64,000 nucleotides of DNA from Yuukianura sp. NJ FZ-2021 (lineage: Eukaryota). The translations under genes were made by a program, and so were the position numbers. The notes beneath the pieces are model-generated. The model was not told the origin of the DNA and ran no database searches. It saw only the letters and a program-made list of their open reading frames with translations. Position 1 is the first letter of the stretch; every line of letters starts with the position of its first letter. Where the stretch lies: contig CM102283.1 in the NCBI GenBank assembly GCA_046563655.1, forward strand, positions 5,704,001 through 5,768,000. The letters run 5' to 3'. Of the stretch, positions 50,301 through 64,000 are shown one piece after another.

Positions 50301-53300
50301 ATGAGTAGAGATGAAAGTATCATTCCAAAGAAGATTGGGGAAGATCGAAAGTCAATGTTGGCTGAGAAGTTGGGTGGAGTAGCTCCGCCTCCACCTCCTC
50401 CTCCTCCAATCATTTCGCCCCCAGCATTTCCTCAGATACGTGATCAAATACGTGAGTAACTTCACTTTCTTTTCACATTTAACTTAATCATTTTCTTAAT
50501 CACCAGAAAATTATGATTTATGAATTATGAAATTATGGAAAAAGGAAAATCAAATGATTTTTTTGTGTTTTAGCTTTTGCTACGTCCAATCCAGAGAGGA
50601 AGGAAGTTATGGAGTTCATTCCGCCGCCTCGTCCTCCAATGCAGAAAGTCGTTACACCAAACCACGCCCCGTTCTTTACGTATAATCGAGTTCCCTGGGC
50701 ATTCCGCCTGCGCAAGGAAGTATTTGCTCCTGGAGAGACCTCAACTCCACTGACTTTGACCTTGATATTTATCCAAGTAGTTCGAGATACCTTCGGAGGA
50801 AACATTCGAATTTCAGGCTCTGAACGCTCACGCATGCGCAGCATATTGGATCAATACGACCTGTCGCTGGCTACTTGTGGACAAGCCAAATTCAACGTCA
50901 AGAAAAGTGTTGTGGGAGTGGCCAAAGAATGGTTGCTGTACTTTAACAAATTTTGGCGTGTTGAGGTATAATTCCTACACTAAATTTTTACTAATTGCGA
51001 TTGTGTAGATTAATGCTTAATCGGTTGACTATTATATAAATTCACTTACCTTATTGTTTACAGACCACAACAGAAGCCAAGTACATTGCAGCTAATGCTC
51101 TTGGAGTTAAATTGGTCAAGAAAGCTGGAAGTAATTTGCACGTTCTGGATAATTTTGGTTACGAACGTATTTCTTCCGTTTACGCTGAAAATGGACGACT
51201 CCAAATCAGTCTCATTAATGGAATGCGGATGAACTTTTACTCCAGAACTGCTGATGACATTGAACATTGGATTGGAATTTTCTCTAAAACTGTAAGTTGA
51301 AACGGAAACCAGTGAACCTGAACCAGGAGTAACTTCAAACTTGGCAAAAGATTTTATCAGCGTTCAGCTTTTTTGTTGGATTTTCAAGTACATTTAACAT
51401 TTTCGCGCTAAAAATTATACCCCTCTGAGTTTTATTGGAAGTGCCATAATTTTATGGTGTCAAGTTTAGAGTTAAGGGGTAGGTTACCCTTAATGGATAG
51501 CCATTTAGAAAATGAAATGAAAAATAAGGGGGGCCTTTAACGTTTTTCGTTATGGTTGCGTGGGTGAGCTTCACTTAATTGCTTACTCTCTCATTTCCGC
51601 TCCAATTCTTTGCTAATACCTCAACATTTTTGAGTAAAGTGATTTTTGTGTAGCGTTGGTCAGCCCACACAACAACCCTGAGCTCCTGCTTACAGTTTTC
51701 GAAAAAGTTCTGCGCGGTTTCTATTGTTCAAATGTCACCGTTGTGACACCGTGTTCGTAATGAAAAGTTAGAAAACTTAGGATTTTGATTAAGCTAAAGT
51801 TAGTTTTGTGTCAGTTTCTGTTCAAATGGCAACTGAAACAGAATGCGGACTTCCACTTAAAACGTGGCATCAACAAGTTAGAGACTCCAAGTACACGAGT
51901 CCAGTTTTACGGCTTTATCTTAATACGGTTGAGAATACGGAGTCTGCTCCTGCCAATACAGAAGAGGTTTCTGCGCAGTCGCTGTGTTTTGTCACTTGTT
52001 TGGTATTGTGAATTGTTGTTGATTCAGATTTAAGCTTTGACTTTTTTGAATTTCAGGCAGCCGTACCCAGTCCAGATGATGAAGTGGATTCGCAGTCCCA
52101 CCTTGTTCAAAATATTCGTCATTCTTCTCCAGCTCATGTTCAACCACCGCCAACTTCTGATGGGAAGCACTCCTTACTCCAATTTGCAATGGAACATTTT
52201 CGTAGAGACAAGTAATGAAAGATCATTTGAAATAATAATTTTTTGAATTTTGAACTATTTCTGAAATTTTTTTTATCGTAGATTTCGCCTAGGCGGTCCA
52301 CCTTCCAATTCTTCATGGACGTGGGCTGAACAAGTGGCCATGGTAAAATACAGTCAGACTCCAATTGAGCAAAGTCTTCTGCCACTGGACGATGTCAACA
52401 ATCGACTAGCCGTGGAGTGTTACATCAGCATCATGAAGTACATGGGAGACTATGGTGGAGGATCCGGTGGAAATGAAATGGAAGCTGTGTATACACTTTT
52501 ACGCAACTGCCACGGTTCACCACCACTCCGCGACGAACTGTACTGTCAAATGATGAAGCAAACAACCAATAACAACAAAACGGCTCAACGCGGTTGGCGC
52601 CTGTTTACAATATTATCGGCCTACTTCACATGTAGTGAGGAACTGAAACCGTATCTCTTCAAGTACTTGGAGTCGGCTGCATATGACAAACGAAGAGCTT
52701 ACCATGGCACTGCCCTTGTCACACTCCAGAATCTGAGAAAGACTTTCAAATATGGGGGCAGAAGGAACGTACCCAGTGTGGAGGAGATCACGGCAATCAC
52801 TGCTGGAAGAAATGCCAAGAGACAAATCTTCAGGCTTCCAGGAGGCACTCAAAGAGTTCTTAATGTCAAGGGCTCCACGGTTGTCAAGGTCAGTCGAATT
52901 TTTTTAAAAATGGATTCCAGTTGTATCTAAAATGTTTCCGTTATCGTCGCAGGATATTATCGAGGAGATGTGTGGTCTACTTAATATTACCCGGGTTGAA
53001 GAGCGAGAAGAATTTAGCATTTACTGCATAGTGGAAGGCGACACTTTTACTATGCCGTTGATGAAGGAAGAATACATCCTAGATGTCACCACGGAACTTT
53101 ATAAAAATGACCAGGTCAGCATGGCACATCTTCAGCATTTCGAAATTTCTTGTGTTTTGAAATAACTTTGGTTTGATCTTCATTCAGATTTTCTATTTGA
53201 TCTTCTGTCGCTCCGTGTGGTTCTTCCCGCTGAAACTTGATTCGGAACCTTATGTTGAAGTCGTATTTAATCAAGTAGCGCCGGACTATTTGGAAGGTTT

Positions 53301-54101
53301 GCTGCTGGTGATGCCCAATGGAAACCTTCGAGAGGACGACGTTGTAAGCTGCAACCTAACCTGAAATTGAGACTTAGGCTTTGTAGATGGATGTGTAATT
53401 TATTTTAACTGGTACATAGCATGACGTTGCTCGAATAGCTGCCCTTCTTCATCGAGCGGCAGAACTAACTCAAGCCCCGACGCTTAAGGAAACGAAGTAC
53501 TTGCTACCAAAACCAGCACTGGCGGCGCGAGATGTCAAACCAAACCAATGGGTCAATCTGGTGCAGAGTCACTGGGACGGAGTTCGTGGAATGAGTTCTG
53601 GACAGGCCAAGGCCAAGGTTTTGGGTAAGAAATCGGTTTGAAATTCAGCGGCATTTCTATCTACGGAACTCACATAAATGTGGTTTTGTTTCAATCGTAG
53701 AAATTCTGCAATCTTGGTCGCTGTTTGGCTCGAGCTTCTTTTCAGTACGGCGAATTGTGGATCCCTCACCGCCCGAGGAGTATATTATGGCTTTGAACAA
53801 AAATGGAGTCCATTTCCTGGATCCAGTGACACATGTAAGTGGATGTTTAAATTACACAGGAAAAAGATTGCAAAATTTAATCATTTTATGCAATGTTAAA
53901 CAGGAACCGCTCTCATTCTCACCTTACAACGAAATCATTTCTACTCGGAAGGTCAAAAACGAAGAAGGAGTCCTATACTTGGACCTGAAATTTGGAAATT
54001 TGATGCAGCAACGAATTAGTCGAGTTCAAACGGAACATGCTCATGAAATTTCACGTCTTATTCGAATGTATATTTATATCAAAAAGGGAATTTCAAATTG
54101 A
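44366..54101 (+). CDS. Myo15: Unconventional myosin XV (Myo10A/Sisyphus-like): motor, IQ motifs, two MyTH4 domains, FERM; about 26 exons
   Basis: [16 protein letters not shown] start, P-loop GESGSGKT (about 45362), [43 protein letters not shown] repeats, first MyTH4 ([13 protein letters not shown]), [32 protein letters not shown], second MyTH4 ([16 protein letters not shown]) and FERM to the stop at 54101. The start exon is less certain. Confidence 0.92.
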
Positions 54102-54324
54102 AACAAAGTTAATGAACATAACGATAGTTTCGACATTATACTTTAACTGTACTACAGCAGATGCAATACCGTAATTAATATCCAAGCAAAAACGTTTATA
54201 GTAAATCCGAAAATCACTTTGTATCACTAATGTCCATAGCCAAACAGTTTCTTCATTAATTGCACCAAACTTATACAAAAAAAGCTTGAGGAATCCGAGA
54301 TCCGATCCGGGTTTTAGCCAGGCC

Positions 54325-54480
54325 GGTTGGAGTCTAGTTTTGTAGTCTGTTTTTCTTTTAATCCCTGAGTTAGGTTAGGTTTGGTGTTGAAGGAGCATAG
54401 TGCGTCGTGCACTGTGTCCTGATTTCTTAACCTAACTCATGGACTGAATGAAAAACAGACTACAAAACTAGACTCCAACC
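54325..54480. mobile_element. Foldback (hairpin) MITE, 156 bp, 8-bp TSD
   Basis: Arms ggttggagtctagttttgtagtctgtttttc...tgagttaggtta and taacctaactca...gaaaaacagactacaaaactagactccaacc (about 53 bp, first 31 bp perfect). Inner hairpin agga-gcatagtgc...gcactgtgt-cct. Exact TSD gccaggcc at 54317-54324 and 54481-54488. Confidence 0.88.
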
Positions 54481-54691
54481 GCCAGGCCCCTCTTCCATGA
54501 GAAGCGGAAGACCAATAGAGTAAACGAGAGATGAGGCGGGAAGAGAGATCTGGAAGAATCAGTCAATCAGTCTCCAGCAGCATTCTTCTGTTCTTAATCC
54601 TTGGTGACAACATTACTCCAAACACACCAACCAGCACACCTTGTATCTGCCTTACACAACGTATTTAATACGATTCTTGTTGAGGTTCAGA

Positions 54692-55268
54692 ATGGGAAGA
54701 ACAAAAGCTGTCGCAAAGAAACGACCTTCAGTAAGTCTCTGAATTTGATTGATTTAGTTTTTTTTAAACGAGGTTGCTGGTGACAAATGCACTAATGTGT
54801 AACGTTTTAGGGCGAGAAACAGTCAACTAAAGAGCCAAAGAAGTTTAATGCTGATCGGGGGACAAAAGCTCTGCGAGAAATTCGCCGTTATCAAAAGACC
54901 TACTATCCCCTTCTAATTGATGTAGCACCATTCCAACTGCTGGTTCGGGTAAGTGAACAGTTGTATTTCGTGACAATAGAGAGTTATTGGACTTTTTTTT
55001 TAATTGACTAAGAAATGTTCCTAGTTTCCTAAATTTTTTTTAGTCAATTGTAGCTAAGAGTAAGTATTTTACTTTACAGGAGATAGCCCAAGACCTTGGC
55101 ACTAACGTGGGGTGGTCAACGGAATCCTTAATGTCGCTTCAGTACGCTGCTGAGGAATTTGTGGTGCGCGTCTTAGAGGATGCACATTTGTGTGCGCTTC
55201 ACGCTAAGCGTGTAACCATCATGTCCAAGGATATTCAACTCGTCCGTCGTATGCGTGGAGAACTTTAA
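54692..55268 (+). CDS. Divergent intron-containing histone H3 variant (CenH3/CENP-A candidate or novel variant), 121 aa
   Basis: Exons 54692-54730, 54811-54948, 55080-55268 (both donors gtaagt, AG acceptors, phase 0). Product [121 protein letters not shown]. Confidence 0.9.
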
Positions 55269-55275
55269 TATCTCT

Positions 55276-55477
55276 CAGATTGGCCATGACATGACGTAGT
55301 TCTGCAGCCGTAATGTATCCGACATCACCAACATCAAATACTTTGAGAACTTCTTTCATTTCCTCTTCAGTCTTCAGTGTCAGTTGCCTCAACGTGTTTG
55401 GCCATAAGTTCCAGAAATTCTGGTTCTTCAATCGTTCTAGACGCATCTACTTCGTTGATCACGTTTAGCAAATCCTT
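55276..55477 (-). pseudogene. Calmodulin-like pseudogene fragment (EF-hands 2-3 region), frameshifted
   Basis: [33 protein letters not shown] / [32 protein letters not shown] aligns to calmodulin [65 protein letters not shown]. The frameshift comes from a 7-bp duplication (cttcagt x2, 55365-55378). No start and no fourth EF-hand. Confidence 0.85.
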
Positions 55478-55677
55478 GCGTTAGGAATTGGACCTCAGGA
55501 TTTTTTACGTTAGGAATTGGACGTCACGATTTTCTGCGTTAGAAATTCGACCTCAGGATTTTCTGCGTTAGGAATTGAACGTCAGGATTTTCTGCGTTAG
55601 GAATTTCTGCATTAGAAATTGAACGTCAGGAATTTCTGCATTAGGAATTGAATGTCAGGAATTTCTGCATTAGGAAT
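55478..55677. repeat. 29-bp minisatellite (six full copies, one 15-bp truncated copy and a partial copy)
   Basis: Consensus gcgttaggaattgaacgtcaggattttct, parsed unit by unit. Short inverted ttcctaa copies follow at about 55695-55720. Confidence 0.9.
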
Positions 55678-56058
55678 AGCCTGTTTCTTATTAATTCCTA
55701 ATGTTGAAAAATTCCTAACATTAATCAGCAAATCTCCCCCCATATTCAGTTTCTACGTTTTCTTACAATTTGCCCTCTGTTTCTCCATTTCGAAATAGTT
55801 CTTAAACTATACTGCTACCGTTCAAATCAATGTCAACTTTTCCCAGATTGGACCATAAATAAAACTTGCTCTACCAAACCATTAGTTCTCTCAGTTAGAG
55901 AATGACATTCATTATCAGGAACGTTAAAAACACAGGTAGGTGAGCACTACTGGTAATGTCCGTAACCAAACAGTTTATTATTTTCACCAAACTTATACAA
56001 AAAGTTGATTTACGAATTACAGACGATATGGTTCCAATGTCTTTGTATATTTAGCCAA

Positions 56059-59897
<3,839 letters not shown>

Positions 59898-60888
59898 TTT
59901 CCCGGTTTTCCAAACAAATCACCGTCGACTACTGAACGTACCCTGCGAAAGCAACCAACAAAAATTACAAAGATTAATACTATTAATTTTTAGATTACGT
60001 TACAAATCTAATTATAAGAATGACGTTATTTACGTTTTAATAACCGAACAGATGGAGGAAGACAACAATGAGGCAAGATTGACAGCCGATTGAGTCAGAG
60101 AGAAATCAAGGAATTGCTGAATGAGTGGAGTTGAATGAAGAATTCGCTAGACTAATCCTCTGAAAAGTCGGAATTTAATTGCAGTGTCAATGTGCCGGTT
60201 GCGTTCATTTCGTCCCGCTCAAAGTTAAGCGACAAATGTAGATTTGCATTTATTATTGTAAACTATTGTTGTAACTAAATACAAGGATCTCCGTGTTTTG
60301 CTGAATTAAATACTTTTGTATAAATAGCAATTAGCAACATGAAATGTATTAATTAGTGTTTAGCGATCGATCGCGATCAGTGTAATTAGAAAGCCCAACT
60401 CCGCGTTACTTTGTGAAAAGAGAATGTCTAGAATCCTTGAGATTTACCTGTCTCTCCCAAAGGTGCGGTTTCAGTAAGGACTAAATTACCACTATTATAC
60501 CCCGCCGTGGTAGCCACACGTGAAATGTTTTGTGGCTGCAACGGGTGGCTACATTTGAGTGACTGCTCATTGAAATGCGTTAGAATAACTTACTCTAACT
60601 TAAAGTGGCAACATAAGTTGCGCCATAAAGTAGCCAGTCATTACAACCACGACGTTACCAAGCGTGGTTGCATTTAAACCGTTAGTCTTTACGGTAACCC
60701 CACATCTCATGTTTGTTTATGTGATATATTTTTCGGAGTTGAATTGACAAGAAGAATTCATTCAAGAAATTCGTTTTCGTGTATTTCAGCATTCGCGAAC
60801 AATCGTCTGTGGAATCTGGAGTAGAAAGTGGAATTCCTACACGCAACAACATCCAAACGAATTGATTAATAAGGTTGGAAGAAGTGGT

Positions 60889-61413
60889 ATGTCATTGGTG
60901 CAGTACGTCGTCGTCAGGAACGACCTTCTCACTACACTCAAGTGGCCGCTTGGAGCAGTTATTGGTAAGTTATGTCAACCTGCTTATATCGATTGTTTTG
61001 GCATGGCATACCACCCGGTTATGTTGTTACGTTACGTTACGTTAGGAGAATGGGGTTAGGTTAACAGGATATTGTTGTCGATAACGATTTCAAATGTAAG
61101 GGTTGACACTTTGAGTGTGTACGATTTGTTTGCAGCTCAAGGTTGTCATGCGGTGTCAGCAGTCCTTGCGTTAACTAAAGATGACCCGGATACAGTTTCG
61201 TACTTATCTGAACTGGACACAATGCACAAAGTGGTTCTAGGCGCTCCGACTCTTGAATCACTTACGCAGTTGGCTGCTAAGTTAAGTGAACGCGGTGTAG
61301 TTTATAAACTTTGGACCGAACAGCCAGAAAATATACCGACTTGTCTTGCTCTGAAGCCGTATCGTCGTGACGATGTCAAAAATCTCTTTCGTCATCTCAA
61401 ACTCTTTAGTTAA
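60889..61413 (+). CDS. PTRHD1: Putative peptidyl-tRNA hydrolase PTRHD1 (PTH2 family)
   Basis: Exons 60889-60964 and 61136-61413. Product MSLVQYVVVRNDL...WPLGAVIAQGCHA...YLSELDTMHKVVL...KLWTEQPENIPTCLALKPY...FRHLKLFS*. Confidence 0.92.
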
Positions 61414-62178
61414 ACGCATGATTTTTATCTTGATTAATTGGTTTAGCCAGTTGGACTTGGATCCCACTCAATTAAAAGTTTAAATGCGTTGATATTTCAT
61501 GCCAAAGATTCCTCGTTAAGTTTTCTTTTTTCCAACCTATTTGGAAATGGTATTCTTTTGGCGAATTTGCCAAGTTAGAAACTCGAGCTGGATTGTTTTG
61601 GCCTCGTTACGCGTAGGATAATATTCGCTTTTTATACAATTCGTTTTTAGGGGTGGGCTCATCTTCAGACGTTTTGAACGCGCTTCCGCATCTCATGCCT
61701 CAAAAGTTAAAAATAAATTAGCCGAACGAACGTAATGTTTAGAATTTGGCAAGTCACAGAAGCCGGATTCAAAAATAAACTTTCATTCCTTTTTTCTCTT
61801 CCGCTTTTTCAGTCTAATGGCTGAAGAATGCGAAAGTGACGGCACGAGTTGGACTCGGTTGAGCATAGTCGTAATAATTTTTTAGAATGAACTTCGATAC
61901 CAAGCAACGTAGAGTTCTAAAAGCTTTTTCAATGTATTTCTGTGGTTTTAACTTCAAATCATTTACGTAAATCCAGTATTTCGTGGCAAGCATTGTGTAC
62001 TACGGGGACAACTTTTTTTTCGGAATCAGTGAAGTGTTGGTTAAGTTGTGTTAATTTTATTTTTAATTCAGGCAGTATTTATAATTCGTCATAAAAATCA
62101 TTCGGGAGTGACAACTTGTTAAAATATTTGCTTTACGAAACTTGCAATTCTACTAATCTTAAGCATTGCATTTCTAAA

Positions 62179-63535
62179 ATGGCATCAAGAAAAGGGCGGG
62201 GCATGGTGCGTGGGCTATCAGTTCGAAGTCGACCGCCGCCAAGTGCATCATCCAGTTCAGGAATTCAGCGACATAGGGCTGGTGGTGGCAGTGGAAATAG
62301 TGAGCGCCATGGTGCAGGTCACCATCGTCACCATCATCATCACCGTTCTCCTGGAACGGACATTGAACAAGGAGGTCAAGGCATGCTGGGAAGAACTAAA
62401 CTTAAAAACTGTTGTCGCTCTGTTGCTACTTTTATGTGTACACAAGTCGGTGTTGGGGGAGTGATTGTTGGATATGCCATTTGCGGAGCATTTGTGTTCA
62501 TGGCACTGGAAACTGATGGAAATCCATTGGGAAATGCTGAGTATGACAGAATGAATCACAGTAGAACTTCGACTGTCAGTCACTTATTTGCAAACTACTC
62601 TGCGTACCAATGGAACGAAACTGCTTGGGATATAGTGGCCAATGCAACATTGAAAGATTTCCAGGTACGTTTCATAATTTGTTGAAGTAATTAGATTTCC
62701 TCTTTTGTTTTTGATCCGATAGTTGTGAATACTTCTAGGACCAAGTTGTGGATGCTGTGAAGAAAGGTTACGATGGACGTACAATTAAACAGAAATGGAA
62801 CTTCCCAGCAGCCCTAATGTTTACACTTTCCATTTTTACCATGATTGGTTACGGTAACCTCGTTCCACGAACAGATTGGGGCAAAGTTGTTACCATCCTG
62901 TACGCAGTTTTCGGCATTCCGTTGTACGTTCTCTACTTTCTGAACATGGGCCGAGCTCTGGCGCGAGCTTTCAAGTGGGTCTACATCAAACTTAGCACTT
63001 GTCAATTCGGTAAGTATCTATCAATATTACAAAAATACTTGTTCAACTTCGTGAATTGATTGGTTCAATTTTAGGATCTCGAGGTTCATCAAGTTCCAGC
63101 GAATCTGACTCGAGTGAAGGCGTGACGATGCCTGCAACAGGTCAAGTTCGTGGAAGCCAGAAAATCGACTCCATAGTTGTACCGAGTACAGCTTCCCTTT
63201 ATGTCCTCATCTCATACATTGCAGTTGGGACGATAATGTTTGCAGAATGGGAAAACTGGGAGTATTTGAACTCAGTGTACTTTTGTGTCATCAGTTTGTG
63301 TAAAATTGGATTAGGGGATTTTGTGCCTGGAACGAGCATTGAAGCTGGAAATTCTGAACGAAATCAAATTAAGCTCGTGATTAACTTTATCTACTTGCTA
63401 CTAGGACTGGGTTTAGTGGCAATGTGTTACAATCTTCTACGGGAAGAAGTTTTAGCAAAATTGAAACAAATGAAGGCCGATGTGAATGACATTTTCCAAG
63501 TAGTTCGACGAGAGTGCAATTGTTGCGCTAAATAG
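62179..63535 (+). CDS. Two-pore-domain (K2P/TWiK family) potassium channel
   Basis: Exons 62179-62664, 62739-63009, 63075-63535. M1 (VGYAICGAFVFMALE), P1 WNFPAALMFTLSIFTMIGYGNLVPRT, M2 (YAVFGIPL), M3, P2 WEYLNSVYFCVISLCKIGLGDFVPG and M4. Confidence 0.92.
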
Positions 63536-63728
63536 GCTGAATTCATAGTCCCTTTTTTAAACATAACAGAACAATCTAAAGTTCATGTAGCTCTGGTGGA
63601 ATGCAAGCCAAAACAATCGAACTGAAAACTGTTGTGCCAAAACTTATAGTTTTATATCATTTCCTAACTGCGTCATTTTGTTTTTGAAGCATTTAATTAG
63701 ATACGGAAAGAGAAGACGTGCTATAGCG

Positions 63729-64000
63729 ATGGCAGATTCATCCTCTGGAGTGAACGGAACGAACATACCGAAACAGTCGGAAACTGACGGCAAAACCAAC
63801 GAGGTTGATCGAGAAAAACAAGCGTAAGTGAAATTCAGGCTTTGGATATTGTGCTGATGGTTGATTGATGATGATGATTGCTATAAAAAACTGTTTTTAT
63901 TCTAATTCCAGGTTAGTGGTTTCGAGTAACCAGTCGGCTGATACAATGCAAGAGGCGGACACGACGCTAGGAGTGAATCCTAGAGAACCGATAGCAAACA
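63729..64000 (+). CDS. 5' part of an unknown gene running off the window
   Basis: The ATG at 63729 opens MADSSSGVNGTNIPKQSETDGKTNEVDREKQA. A gtaagt donor after 63823 and a ttccag acceptor (exon from 63912) continue the frame (LVVSSNQSADTMQEADTTLGVNPREPIAN) to the window edge. Confidence 0.55.

Noticed and set aside
55219-55446. ORF-track 75-aa ORF as a functional EF-hand gene
   Set aside because: Its N-terminus is the wrong frame of a frameshifted calmodulin relic, and its C-terminus is the antisense of the H3 variant's last exon.
55478-55677. 29-bp repeats as a CRISPR array
   Set aside because: The units are head-to-tail with no unique spacers, there are no cas genes, and the context is eukaryotic.
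59898-59945. Upstream in-frame mitochondrial leader for AlaRS
   Set aside because: An in-frame TGA lies eight codons upstream of the ATG.

Overview
AT-rich eukaryotic genomic DNA with short GT-AG introns (many 55-110 bp). The gene content looks arthropod or pancrustacean; the species cannot be determined. In order, the window holds: a terminal exon of an upstream gene (possibly arrestin-like); KLF5/dar1; a 5-exon putative ricin-B-type gene missed by the ORF track; a secreted DM4/DM12-type gene; an SLC37-like MFS transporter; Lmx1 behind a ~7.5 kb non-coding stretch; THAP4/nitrobindin; PSMB1; EDF1/MBF1; RPL7; ADAM17; myosin XV; AlaRS; PTRHD1; a two-pore K+ channel; and the start of an unknown gene. 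The most striking structure is a ~1.7 kb island between the converging 3' ends of myosin XV and AlaRS (about 54228-56003), bracketed by an imperfect ~50-bp direct repeat. It contains a foldback MITE with an 8-bp TSD, an intact 3-exon divergent histone H3 variant with mixed CenH3/H3 diagnostics (absent from the ORF track), an antisense frameshifted calmodulin fragment and a 29-bp minisatellite. A hAT-type MITE lies just upstream of THAP4, and perfect DR1 (AGGTCAAAGGTCA) elements recur far more often than chance predicts. All gene models were spliced by hand and none is confirmed by database search or expression data.
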